64,000 nt of DNA from the human T2T-CHM13v2.0 reference genome, Homo sapiens (GCF_009914755.1 NC_060926.1), one strand, 5' to 3'. Positions 11,573 to 29,670 are shown, numbered from the stretch's first letter. Made by a program: numbers and translations. Notes: a model not told the origin generated them from the sequence alone.

Positions 11573-11720
11573 AGACATATTTTTGCAACAGCTGATTTGC
11601 AGGTGTCCTTTGGGGCTTTGGAAACTACAGACCCTCTCTGGCCAGCCCCACTTTTTTGGGGGTATAGCTTCACTATAGAGCTAAGGAAATTATCCTTCAA
11701 TTGCTTGTGAAAACTATGCT
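11573..11720 (+). repeat. Local duplication block B, copy 2
   Basis: See block B copy 1; offset about 1607 bp. Confidence 0.92.
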
Positions 11721-13569
11721 TGCAAAAACTAGCCAGGCTCCTAAAGAAAGACCAGCGAGCTCTCCCAGCCAGTGGGGCCACAAAGATTTGGGGTCTTGTG
11801 CTCTTTGTTCAAGCGAGCTTCCTGGCTTTCAAGGAAGTAGAAACTCCTTACATCCCTGATTTTCCTGACCTTTCTCCTTTCTCTGCCCTGTATCTTCCTA
11901 ATTCCCAGTAAACAATTCCCCCTTACCACTTCTGGAACTCTTTATTTGATTCTCCCTGGTTCACCTTTGAGGCACAGCCCATCGGGTTCAAATCATCGTC
12001 ACATTCATCACTGCGTTTTAACTACAAGCCACAGCCCTCTCCTCTCCTGCTGTGCTTTCCCGGGAGCCTGCACTGATGACACTTGTGTACCTTGATCAGT
12101 TTGCCTCATCCCTCAGGTCACTAAATGTGTGCCTTTGGCAGTGGTTCAGAGCTGGCTATCCCAGAACTGCCAAAGCAGTTCTCATTCTAAAATATCTACA
12201 GGAATTTGAGAGCTCGAGCTGCTCCCTGCCTCTAGCTCCATGACTCCACCTGTGACTGTGATGGGCCAGTAGAACACACACATGGCCCAGACTGCCCATC
12301 CATAGAACCATCCCACCAGGGATCAGAACAGGGACTTGGGATCTCAGTGCTCCAGCCTCTGGCTGGAGGAGCACATCCTCTCCCCAGCTGCTGCAGCACA
12401 AGCCTGGCATTAGCATTGCCCAGTTACTCAGCAAAGGCTTTACAGAGAGCTCCTGGGCACGAAGTGGGAGAGAGGTGGCAGAGACCCAATTCGATGCTGC
12501 TATGAACTGCTCATGAACAGCTCATTCGATGCTGCTATGAACTCAAGGCAGGCAATTGAGTCACAGAGTGTAGAAGGGTGTCAAGGCTTGGAGAATGAAC
12601 CTGGGATCTCAGTGGGTCACAGATATGAGTAACATGGGCCACAATTAGAAGGCCTGGAGAGCGGCAGTTCCGTGAGGTAAATAGAATGGGCTATAACAGA
12701 ACACTCTCTGGCTGGTAGATTTCAGCAGGCTTCAGGAAAGACCAAAACAAGAAAACACCAACCAACTCACAGGCACAAAGAAACAACCATAAAGTCCTTG
12801 GAGCGGCCAGAGGCTCTGAGAGTGACAGGAGAAGGAGTGGGAGCTCCAGGGACTTTGAAAAGAGACTGGCTGCTGTTAAGGGACCCTTGAGCCGCTGAGC
12901 CAGAACACAGCGCCTCTTTCAACAGTCATTTGTGTTCCTAAAAGGTGGCAACTGGATGATACACGTGAATGGTGAGAGCCATCAAACTGAGTTCAGAGGC
13001 TGTTCTACAGATCTGAGGACTTCAAGACCCAGGAAAAGAGTGAAGCTACTGGAATATGTCTGAGTTTGTAGTGAGCCATGTGTATTTCAAAACCATTCCC
13101 TCCTTCCTGTCTCCACTAATGTTACCAGATTGCAAGTCTTATCATTTTATTTCTGGGAGTTTTGCAACAATCTCCTACCTGGTCTTTCTGATGATACCTC
13201 CTTCCTTCTCAATATAGCACCCATTCTTATTAACAGGGTCATTTTTCTATAGTACAAATATGATCACATCACTCCACAACCCAACTCTAATGAATTTCCA
13301 TTGACCTCTTAACACAATACACATCCACTTTCACAATATCTGACCTCTGCCTTACCTCCTAATGTATCTCCTATCCAAGCTGACAGTCACACACATATAC
13401 ACACAGATAATAAGAATGCTTAGAGCTTCAACAATACTAGATTACTTTTAGTTCCCCCAAGTAGAGCAAGCTCTTTCACCTCTTCATGCTTTTGGTCACA
13501 CTCTTCCTGTTGCCTAAATGCCCCCCTTCTCTTCATCTGTCTGGCAAATGTTTCCTATAAGAAAGAATT

Positions 13570-15140
13570 CAGAAGTTTTATGGCAGTCCCAAAATCTCAA
13601 TGATGTTTTTGCAGAAATAAAAAAATCCATACTGAAATTCATATGGAATCTCAGGGGACCCCAAACAGTCAAAACAATCTTGAAAATTAACAAAGTTAGA
13701 CATCTCACTCTTCCTGATTTCAAAACTTATTATAAATCTATAGTAATCAAAACAGTGTAGGCCTAGCATATAAAAACAGACATGTAGCTTAATGGAATAG
13801 AATAGAACATCCAAAAATAAACCCTTACATATATATATGTTCAAATTATTTTTGCAAGGGTGCCAAGACCATTCAATGGGAAAAGACTGCCTTTTCAGCA
13901 AACGGTGTTGGAAAAACTGGATGTCCACGTGCAAAAGGATGAAGTTGGACCCTTACCTTACACTATATAAAAAATTAACTCAAAATGTGTCAAAGACCTA
14001 AATGTAACAGCTAAAAATTTTAGAAGACTGTTAGAAGAAAACAGGGGTAAAGATTCATGACATTGGATTTGACAATGATTTCTTGGATATGACACCAAAA
14101 GCACAGGCAACAAAAGTAAAAAAAAAGAAAAGGACTCTATGAAAATTAAAAACTTCTGTGCATCACAGGGCACAACAGAGTAAAAAGGCAACCCACAAAA
14201 TGGGAGAAAATATTTGCAAATAATATATCTGATAAAGGGTTAATATCCAGACTGCTACCTATCCTAATTCCTAATATCAGAACTCCTACAACTCAACAAC
14301 TAAAAACAAAGAGCTCAATTTAAAAATGGGCAACAGACTTGAAGCAATATTTCTCCAAAGATATACAAGTAGTCAATAGGCACATGAAAAGATGCTCCAC
14401 ATAACCAAGCATTAATGAAATCAAAATCAAAACCACAATGAAATATCATCTCATACCCGTTAGGATGACTACTATCAAAAATCAGAAAATAAGTATTGGA
14501 ACCCTTGTGCACTGTTGATGGGAAGGTAAAATTGTGCAGCCACTGTGGAAAATAGGATGACTATTCCTTAAAAAATGTTTAAATAGAATTATTGTATGAC
14601 CCAGCCATTCCACCTCTGGGTATATACTGAAAGGATTTTAAAGCAGAGACTTGAACAGAATTTGTACACCAATGTTCAGAGCTGCATTATTCACAATAGC
14701 CAAAAGGTGGAAGTAACCCAAATGTCCATCCACAGATGGATGAATAAATAAAATGTTGTCTACACATACAATGCAATATTACGCACAGCCTTAAAAAGGA
14801 AGGCATAAGCATGGATTAAACTTGAGGACATTAGGCTAAGTGAAATAAGCCAGTCAAAAAGGACAGGTATTATATGATTCCACATGTATGAAGCACCAAC
14901 AGTGGTCATATTCATAGAGACAGAAAGTAGCGGTTGTCAGGAACAGGAGCAGGGAAAAGATAATTATTGAACAGGGTACAGGGTACAAAGTTTCTGTTTT
15001 GCAAGATGAAAAGAGTTCTGGGGAAGGATGATGGTGATGGTTGCACAATAATGTAAATATACTTAATGCCACTGAACTATACACTTAAAAGTAATTTAAG
15101 ATGACGAATTTTGTTATATGTATTTTACCACAATTTAAAA
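13570..15140 (+). mobile_element. L1MB-type 3' fragment (ORF2 C-terminus + 3'UTR)
   Basis: ORF2-like peptide FAEIKKSILKFIWNLRGPQTVKTIL...LTLPDFKTYYK (ORF 13518..13760) followed by an L1MB 3'UTR (gatgaaaagagttctgg...atgccactgaactatacacttaaaa). Confidence 0.88.
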
Positions 15141-15650
15141 ATTGTGTTGGTGAGGTAAAACAGGGAATTTTGAAGGTTACTTTATTTAAAGAATCTTGCA
15201 ATCAAATTTTGGTTTTAAGTTAATAAGAATGATGGCAGAGTTATCTTTTAGCGGTATTAAATTTGAAGTCAATAAAATTCTAATTCATATCACATTATGA
15301 TATGGCTTAATTTTAAGTAAGAGATGTTATTGCATTTATTTTTAAAAATTGGATTGTAAATAAGTGTACTCTACCATATTTATAGATTAACAGGAAAAAG
15401 ATCGTATGAATAGATGAAAAAATGTATTTGTGTAAAATTTAATAAAAAATTCATGATTTAAGCAAAGGAAAGACCTATTGCAGTGAAGCCCCCTATTAAT
15501 CTTCCAAATGCCTTTCTTTGGCTATCAAAGTGTCCAAATATTCTTCTAATATTGTGCCTATGATATTGCAATTGGAACTGAGTGTCCCCTGGTATGTCAC
15601 CCCCATACATAGTGTTCAGGGGGTAATAATCTCATTATCCCTTTAGCTAC

Positions 15651-15773
15651 CTGGGGAGAGGTGGGGTGTCAGGAGCAGAGAAGTTTCTGGTAAGAACAGT
15701 TCATCTCTGATGATGTTGGCATCAGCCAGTAGAGGTTCTAAAACTTGTTTGGCCCCAGTTGGCTTCTCAGACT
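15651..15773 (-). other. EVA1A: EVA1A non-coding 5'UTR exon (123 nt)
   Basis: Strong acceptor cttcttttttctttcAG| (AG at 15775-15774) and donor CCCCAG|GTAGCT (GT at 15650-15649) in non-repeat sequence. The size fits my recollection of the EVA1A 5'UTR structure. Confidence 0.75.
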
Positions 15774-17153
15774 CTGAAAGAAAAAAGAAGCAGCACAAAA
15801 ACCATCATATACCCAGGAGATCACATCATACCTTAGACCTGGTATGTGTGTGAACCCAGCAGAGAAGCTTTGGTGGCTAGTGTCTGGATCCTTGGAAGGA
15901 TGAATAGCATCCCCAGAGAGGAGAAAGCCCATTGACAGAGTGTAATCTGGAATTTGAACTAGACAGCCAGATAAACCAGTCTCCCAGGGTCATACCAGAA
16001 AGGATGCAAGAGGTAAAAGATCAAAGAAACATGCTTCCTCTCTGCTCCTGTCAGCCAAAATCCACAAAACAGCTAGTGTGGGATGTCCCAATCTGGCCCC
16101 TCATCAGTGAAGTTTGCAGGCCAGCCTCTCTGGAACAGGAAGGGAGGGAATTCTGTTTCCTTCTAGCAATGCCCAGATGGGCCATGAAATGAAGTCTCAC
16201 ACAGCTCTGTAGGAACTAGAATCCTGGAAATGCTGATATGTAGATTCCGACACCCTATGCCTTCCTTGCTAAAGTGTCAAGGCCTCTGCTAGGCCCAGGT
16301 AGGAAATCTCCTCTCTGTGTCTAGCTTCACTTAGAAGCTTGCAGGAAGAATGAAATCAGTCATGGAGCTCTGAGCATTGAGCTGTCCCCACTTCACGTGT
16401 GCACACTCATTCATTCGTCATCATCACACCCTTCCAACTACTGTGGCTTCCGACTTCTGCTTATTGATTACTTTATAGAGACACATCTCAGCTATTTCTT
16501 CCCCAAAATGGATTGGTGTCACTATCCTACGTTAATTTTACAGGTCAAGAAAATAAGGGCAAGAAAGAAAAGGAAACTGGAAGCATGGGATGGGTAACTG
16601 TCTACAGACTCATGTACCAAAGTGCAGAAGTAGGTCTTTGAGGCCCATTGACCTTCCACTCTACACTGGTGAAAACTATCAGGCACTGACCCTAGGACAG
16701 TCACAGGGAGTCTGAAGAGCAAAAGCTCAAATGGAAAAACAGTCCTTATATCACCGGCTGGGGAGAGGATACACATGGCCCCAGAGAAATAACTGAGCTG
16801 AGAGAAACCCCGATTTTCTTTGTAGCACTGATAAGCACCTGGGGATGATACATCTAACATGCCAGCCTGCCAGCCACTTGGCTTCCACTGCCCCATCAAC
16901 CTTCCCCTCCCAACCATCACAGTGAATCATTTCCAGAGATGTATCCTGGACCTTGTCATCACCTGGAAAGGTTTTACCTCTGAATACTGGGTTGTGAACT
17001 CCGTAAGGGCAGGGACCATGCCTTAATTCTTATCTTTGTTCTCAGAGTTTCCCACAATAAGTGCATAGAGCTAATGCTCAGGGACTGTTTGCTGGATGAA
17101 TGACTCACACTGAGAAATCTCACTCTCCAATCGGAACCTCTATCTTACCTCTC

Positions 17154-17557
17154 TGATGTGGTTTGGCTGTGTCCCCACTGAAATCTCATCTTGTAATATA
17201 GTTCCTATAATCCCCAACTGTTGTAGGAGGGACCCAGCTGGGGGGTAATTGAATCATGGGGCAGTTACCCCCATGCTTCTGTTCTCCTAATAGTGGGTGA
17301 GTTCTCATGAGATCTGATGGTTTTATAAGGGGCATTTCCCCCTTTTGCTCAGTACTTCTTGATGCTGCCACGTGAAGAAGGACATGTTTGCTTCCCCTTC
17401 CACCATGATCCTAAGGCCTCCCCAGCCATACAGAACTGTGAGTCAATTAAACCTCTTTCCTTTATAAATTACCCAGTCACGGGTATATCTTTATTAGCAG
17501 CTAGAATCTGCTTTATTAGCTGAGTATATCTTTATTAGCTGAGAATACTGCTATGCA
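17154..17557 (+). mobile_element. THE1D-like MaLR solo LTR
   Basis: TGATGTGGTTTGGCTGTGTCCCCAC start, typical THE1 body, 5-bp TSD CTCTC (17149-17153, 17558-17562). The 3' end contains a local triplication of ctttattagc. Confidence 0.9.
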
Positions 17558-18167
17558 CTCTCCATACCTGAATCAAAGTAAACGTGCTCCCCAAGCTCTC
17601 TGAGGCTTCTATCTTCTCATCCCCTCCCTGCTCACTCAGTTTATCACTGTCATCCTAGATTCATCTTTTCTCTGCACAGCCTGGCTACTACAACTACACT
17701 ACATGCTGCTCTCACCAGGACCCTTCTGCTGCCCTCTCCTCAACCTCACGCCTAACTCCCAAAGCACTCCAACCCTCACCTGCTTGCTCTCCTCCCTACA
17801 GGCTAGTGCTTCTGAAAAAATATAATCATTCATATTTGCAGCATTGCAAATGCTGAGTTTACAAAATCAATGGAGGCCCCCAGTGCTGCTAGGAAAGCTT
17901 ACATGTATGTCCCTGACATCTTACTTTCTCACTTTCTCATTCTTCAATCTTCTCATTCCATCTTCTCAGCTTTCCAGAGAAATAGAGGGCACCCTACATG
18001 AACTCTAACTTTCCTCCCTTCCATCTCATTCTGACCTTCCTTCCTTCTGTCTCTAAGGAATTTTCACCTGTGCTTTCAAATTATTTCCTCCTTCTTCCTA
18101 CAGGACATGGTTCCATTAATGAATGATTCTTCTTTGACTTTCCCTTTTCTGGCTGATCTCCATCTCT

Positions 18168-18440
18168 CTATATAAATAGGTAGGCAGATAGATGGATTGA
18201 TAGATAGACAGGTAGGTAGATAAATAGATAATATGTATATAGAGTGATTACATATATATGTATAATTCTCTTTCTCAAAATTTTAGTCTTTCATTTTCTC
18301 CTCACCTTCTTGCCCCATATACAAAATGCATATATATAAACACACATACATATATACATTCTATACTTATATACATACATATATAAATATACAATGTATA
18401 TATGTATGTATGCACGCATGTATATATGTATGTGTACATG
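18168..18440. repeat. (TAGA)n / (TA)n / (CATA)n low-complexity simple repeats
   Basis: Directly visible degenerate tetra- and dinucleotide runs. Confidence 0.8.
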
Positions 18441-19679
18441 AATATCTATTGTTCTTTCTCAAATATTTGCTTATTCTTTCCAAATCACTATCTCAATCTC
18501 TCTATCTTTTGATCTACTGCCCTTATCTCCTTTTATCTACTATAAACTTACCTAATTTCCCCCACCTTTAAGCAATCTTCCCTTTGCTCAACCTCCACTG
18601 TGGTTTCTTATCACCCATTCTACTTCCCTTCACAGCCATACATCTTCATAGGAACTTATATTTCCTCTTTCCATTTCTTCCATCAGTCCCTCCTTGGCCT
18701 AAAATATCTGGCTTCCTATCCAGCCTGTCTACCAAAGCATTGTTGGTAAGGTGGCCATAGTGAAACAATCAGCTTTGTGCTTCTAACGATTGCTCCAGCA
18801 TGGAGACTATGAGCTCCTGGCTGTTGAGGGGGCTCTTGTGTTCCATCCTTCTGCATTTGTGGTAGCTAACACAGTTCCTGGCACATAAGTGCTTTAAAAC
18901 AAATTCTGTCTCAATGATGGGAGTCAAGGTGTGTGAGGCTAAGATTGTCAGACATGGGCCTTAAAACAGAATGAACAATGTCCTCAATGACACTGATATA
19001 ACTCCTGAGACCTCAAGAAAAATCTTTGTCTTGATTTGAACATAAAAGGACCAGGGTTAAGAAATGATATGGTCCTAGTCAAGACTTACGTGGTGGTGGC
19101 CACAGACCACAGGAATACCAATGCTGTTACAGCAGGGCTCTAACACAGAGCCTGAAGCCTTCACTTAGCACTATGCAGAGGTCAGTACCAAGGGTGGTTC
19201 ACAAAAAGTTTCTAACTTTAACACACTGTGATGCTGTTTAGCCTGGAGGCTGCCTACCTTCCTATCCCAAGGCAGAGCTTGCTTGTCTTAAATCAATAAA
19301 TATTTATTAAGCCCCACCAGAACCGTTTATTTAGCAAGCAATCTGCAGCTACTAAGGAATTGAGAATTCTCTGAAGGAAGATCCACATCTTACTCACCTC
19401 TGTGCCCAATGATTGACTCATAGTGCTTCCTTTGAATGAATAATCCAGAAATGAGCAAATGTGGTCAGCGATCTACCTACCTGCACTGCAAACAGAATCA
19501 AATGTAAATGCGATGTAAATTAAGTGGACAGTTGGGAAAAGAATAATTAATTTCAATAATAAGGTAGCAATGCAGAGGACCCATAAAGACTTCATAGAGA
19601 GGTAACATTCAAATTGAATGTTGAGCAACTGCATATTAATTTAACTACTGAGTATTAATTTAATAAGGAATTATACTAA

Positions 19680-19910
19680 TAGTCCACATTTTTTGAGACC
19701 TTTCTCTTCAACCAGATAATTTGCTAAGTGCTACTTAATTTAAGTTTCATAACAGTCCCATGAGGTAGATGCTATTATCCTTGTTTTTCAGATGGGAAAA
19801 CTGAGCTATGGAGAGGTAAAGTTGCCTAAGATCACCTAGCTAGAAAATGGTAAAGTTGGAATTTAAACTTAGTCAGTCCAACTCCAGTGCTCTTAACTTT
19901 GAAACTATAC
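19680..19910 (-). mobile_element. MIR SINE
   Basis: catgaggtagatgctattatcc...cagatgggaaaactgag...ttgcctaagatcacctagctag MIR core. Confidence 0.7.
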
Positions 19911-21060
19911 TTTGCTAGAGTAAAGAAAAGCACTGGAGACAGAAGGAAGAGCAGGAGCTAAAGTACACGACACATCTTTAGCACAGGAGCAAAGGGATAG
20001 GCAGAGAAATTGAACAGAAGTCAAAGCTGCAAAGGCAAAGATGGAATTGCATTTTGGTGGATCTGCAGTGCCTTACAGAGGTTGAGCTTTATTTTATGGA
20101 CAGTAAATAATATTAACAGGAGAGTGACATGGTCAGTTCTGCCTTGTAGGAAGAAAACACTGGCAGAAGTGTGCAGGATGTGTTGGAGAAGCCAGAGATG
20201 GTCTGAAAGACTTGTTGGGGGTTCAACTCAGTAGTCCAGGTAAAGGATAATGCACACTAAGAACCAAGGAGATGAGGTAGCTGAAGAAGCCAGCAATCCA
20301 GAAACCCAACACAACTGGTGCAGACAAACAGACTCCCAACAAATGCCTGCTCTCTCTAGCCAGAGGACCAGGAAAGGAGTGTTCTAGCAAGACAGAAAAC
20401 TCTTAGACAATAGCCACTCTACTTTAGCCAAACATCATTTTAAAAAACAAAAAACCCATGGCCTCATCCACACCCACACCCACACCAGCAAAGCCTGGGT
20501 AGATAGCCTAGACTTTCACCCTTAAGAGACCATAGCAAGAAACTCCAACACCCTTGCCAGAGTGATGTCAGAGAAGGCCCAAGGGGAGAGATGAGACTTT
20601 CATCTGAGATTGCTAGTAATGAGCTACCTTCCCTGGCAATATCAGTAAGGACTACATGGGAAGCCTGGACATCCGCCCCCTCCTAGAAATAACTAGATCC
20701 TCCTCCCCCTCCCCCTCTCCACTGGGGTGTCAGAGGCAGCCTAGTCAGGACTCTCATCACTACCAGTGGTTACGAGCCCCACATCTGTGGAGACCACATG
20801 GGATCCAGAACTCCCATCCCCATCCAGCAGTAAGGAGGAGTCAATCAATTGATGTGAACCCTAAGATGATAGGGATAATAGAATTATCTGGCAAAGATTT
20901 TTAAACACCATGATTTTAAAAATACTTCAACAAGCAATTATGCACATGCTTAAAACAAATAAAGAAATTAAAAGCCTCAGCAAAGAAATAAAAAGTCTCT
21001 GCAAATAAAGAGAAGATATAAGGAAAAAATCGAATTTTATGATTAAAAAAATACAATAAT

Positions 21061-25676
<4,616 letters not shown>

Positions 25677-26147
25677 TTATGTTTATTTTTATTAACAACA
25701 ATAATAAAAGCCAACGTTTATTAAGTACATTCCACACAGTAAAAAAATACAATAACCAAAATAAAAAGCTCAAAATAAACAGATGGGCTTGATAGTAAAT
25801 GGAGGAGGCAGATGAAACAATGAGTGATCTGAAAGACAGAATGATAGAAATTACTTAGTTGAACTACAGAGGAAAAATAGACTGGAAAAAAAATGAACAG
25901 AATCTTAGGGACCTGTGAGATTATTACAAAAGACCTAACATTTGTGTCACTGGAGCTCCAGAATGAAAGAGGAAGAAGAGGAACTGAGAAAGTAATCAAA
26001 GAAATAATGGCTTTAAAAAATCCAAATTTGTCAAGAAACGTGAACTTACAGATTCAAGAAGCTGAGCAAATCTCAAATGGAATAAAGCCAAAGAAATCCA
26101 TGTGAAGACACACTGTAATTAAACTTTTGAAAACTAAAGACTAAATA

Positions 26148-26484
26148 GGCTGAGTGTGGTGGCTCAAGCCTGTAATCCCAGCACTTTGGGAAGCCGAGGT
26201 GGGCAGGTTACTTGAGCTCAGGTGTTTGAGACCAGCCTAGGTAATATGGCAAAACCCCATCTTTACTAAAAATACAAAAATTAGCTGGGTATGGTGGCAT
26301 GCACCTGTGGGTCCCAGCTACTCAGGAGGCTGAGGTGAGAGGATCACTTGAGCCTAGGAGATCGAGACTGCAGTGAACCAAGATTGCCCCACTGCACTGC
26401 ACTCCAGCCTGAGTGACAGAGTGAGACCCTGTCTTTAAAAAAAAAAAAAGAAAAAAGAAAGAAGAAAAAAGAAAGAAAAAAAAA
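26148..26484 (+). mobile_element. AluJ-type
   Basis: Alu dimer with J-like ggatcacttgagcctaggag; A-rich tail. Confidence 0.88.
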
Positions 26485-26942
26485 CCAAAGACAAAAACAT
26501 TGAAAGCTGCCTGAGAAAAACGGCGTCCTAGCTATAGGGAAAAAACAATTCAGAACACAGAGGATGTTTCATTGGAAACCATGGAAGTCAAAAGGCAGTA
26601 AGTAGCACAATGTATGTTTCAGCGGCTGAAAGAAATGAACTGTGAATCCAGAATCCATACCCAGCAAAACTGCCCTTCAAGATGTAGGGGAAACCAGGCA
26701 TTCTCCAATGAAGGAAAACTAAGAGAAATTGTCACCAGCAGACCTACCCAAAAAGAATTACTAAAGTCCTCTAAAAAGAAAGAAAAGAATTTTAAAAAGA
26801 TATCATGAGATATCAAGAAAGAAGAAAGCACAAATATAGGTAAATACAATAGGCTTTCCTTTTCCTCATGAGTTTTCGTATTTAACAGTTGAAGCAAAAA
26901 TGTTAACACTTTCTGATGTGGTTCTGAATGTATATAAAGGAA

Positions 26943-27555
<613 letters not shown>

Positions 27556-27947
27556 AAATTAATGTATGTAAAGGAAATATTTAAGACCCACTTTGGAGTA
27601 GGGCAAAGGGAAGCAAAGCATGGTAAGGTTTTTATATTTCACTCAAACTGGTGAAATGGCACCAGCAGATGGTAAATATATATATGTAGTAACACCTGGA
27701 GCAACCACTAGAAAAACTATATGAAGAAATACACTTAAAAACACTACGAACAAATCAAAATGGAATTCTAAAACAATGTTCAAGTAACTAAAAAAAGAAA
27801 ACAGAGGAACAAACAAACAAAAAGCAGAAGACAAAAGACAAAATGGCAAACATCAGCCCTAACATCTCAGTAATGACATTAAGTGTAAATAATCTAAATA
27901 CACCAATTAAAGATAGCTATTGGCAAAGTGGATTTTAAAAATGACCC

Positions 27948-29238
27948 TTTGTTGGATGCATAGTTTGCAAATATTTTCTCTCATTCTGTAGGTTGTTTGT
28001 TACTCTGTTAATATTTCTTTTTTTCTGCAGAAGCCTTTTAGTTTAATTGGATTCCATTTATTTCTTTTGTTTCTGTTGCTTTTGGGGTCTTAGTCACAAA
28101 TTCTTTGCCTCGGTCAATGTCTAAAATAGTTTTCCTAGGTTTTCTTCTAGAATTCTTATGGTTTCAGATATTATATTTAAGTCTTTAATCCATCTTGACT
28201 TAATTTTTGTACATGGTGAGAGATAGGGATCCAGTTTAATTCTTCTACATGTGACTATCCAATTTTCCCAGCACCATCCACTAAATAGGGTATCCTTTCC
28301 CTAGTTTATGTTTTTGTGTGCCTTGTCAAAGATCAGTCCAGAATCTCCAAGGAAGTCAAACAAATCAGCAAGAAAAAAAAATCCCATTAAAAAGTGGGCA
28401 AATGATATAAATAGAAATTTCTCAAAAGAGGATATACAAATGGCCAACAAATATATGAAAAAATGCTCAACATCACTTATCATCAGGGAAATGCAAATTA
28501 AACTCACAATGAGATATCACTTATCCTTACTGGAATGGCCATTATTAAAAAGTCAAAAAGCAATAGATGGCATAGATATGGCAAAAAAAAAAAAAAAAAG
28601 GGAACTCTTGTTTATACACTGCTGATGGGAAGGTAAATTAGAACAACCTCTATGGAAAACCATATAGAGATTTCTCAAATAACTAAACGTAGATCTACCA
28701 TTTGATGAAGCAATCCCACTACTGGGTATCTACCCAAAGGAAAAGAGATGATTATATAAAAAGACACTTGCACACATATGTTTACTGCAGCACAATTCAC
28801 AATTGCAAGATATGGAATCAACTTAAGTAACCTCAGCCAATGAATAAAGAAAATGTGATGTGTATGTAATTCATTCATCAGTTGAATGCCATAAAAAGAA
28901 TAACATAATGTCTTTTGCAGCAACTTGGATAGAACTGGAGGCCATTATCCTAAGTGAAATAACTCAAGAATGGAAAACCAAATACCATGTGTTCTCTTAC
29001 AAGTAGGAGCTAAGCTATGGGTACACAAAGGCATACAGTGATATAATAGACATTGGAGACTCAGAATGGGGAAGGGTAGAGGGAGTGAGAGATGAAAACC
29101 TACCCATTGGGTACAACACACACTATTCAGGTGATGGGTACACTAAAGTCCTAGACTTTACCACTGTACGATTCATCCATGTAACCAAAAAATACTTGTA
29201 CCTCTAAAGCTATTGAAATAAAATGTTTTTAAAAAAAA
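27948..29238 (+). mobile_element. L1PB/L1MA-type 3' fragment with 5' inversion
   Basis: 27948-28335 is antisense ORF2 sequence; 28335-29238 is sense ORF2 end plus 3'UTR with aataaa and an A tail. Confidence 0.78.
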
Positions 29239-29296
29239 CCATGTCCCAACTATACACTATAAGAAACTATAAAAGTCCTTTCTTTGATTATTTTCT

Positions 29297-29670
29297 CAGG
29301 CGTGGGCCACCGCACCCAGCCACTGCCAGTATTGTTATATATGAAGTTAGTTTCTTATAGTGTATAGTTGGTACATGGTTTTTTATAGCCAAGGCGGGCA
29401 GATTGCTTGAGCCCAGGAGTTAGAGACCAGCCTGGGCAACATGGCAAAACCCCGTCTCTACAAAAAATACAAAAATTAGCCAGGCATGGTGCACATCTGT
29501 AATCCCAGCTACTCAGGAGGCTGAAGGGGGAGGATGGCTTGAGCCCAGGTGGCAGAAGTTGCAATGAGCTGAGAGCACGCCACTGCACTCCAGCCTGGTG
29601 ACAGAGCAAGACCCTGTCTTAAAAACAAAACAAAGCAAAAACACCTCCCCCCCAAATAAAACAAAGCACA
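29297..29670 (+). mobile_element. AluJ/S-type with inverted 5' head
   Basis: Body 29388-29640 is on +, while the first 25 nt of the Alu are present as reverse complement at 29297-29321. Confidence 0.85.

Noticed and set aside
11172-11588. 138-aa minus-strand ORF
   Set aside because: Only residues MRLPL...SFVS are real EVA1A; the rest is read-through into introns and 5'UTR beyond the splice sites.
18326-18571. Tyr/Ile/His-rich ORF
   Set aside because: Translation of (TA/CATA)n simple repeats.
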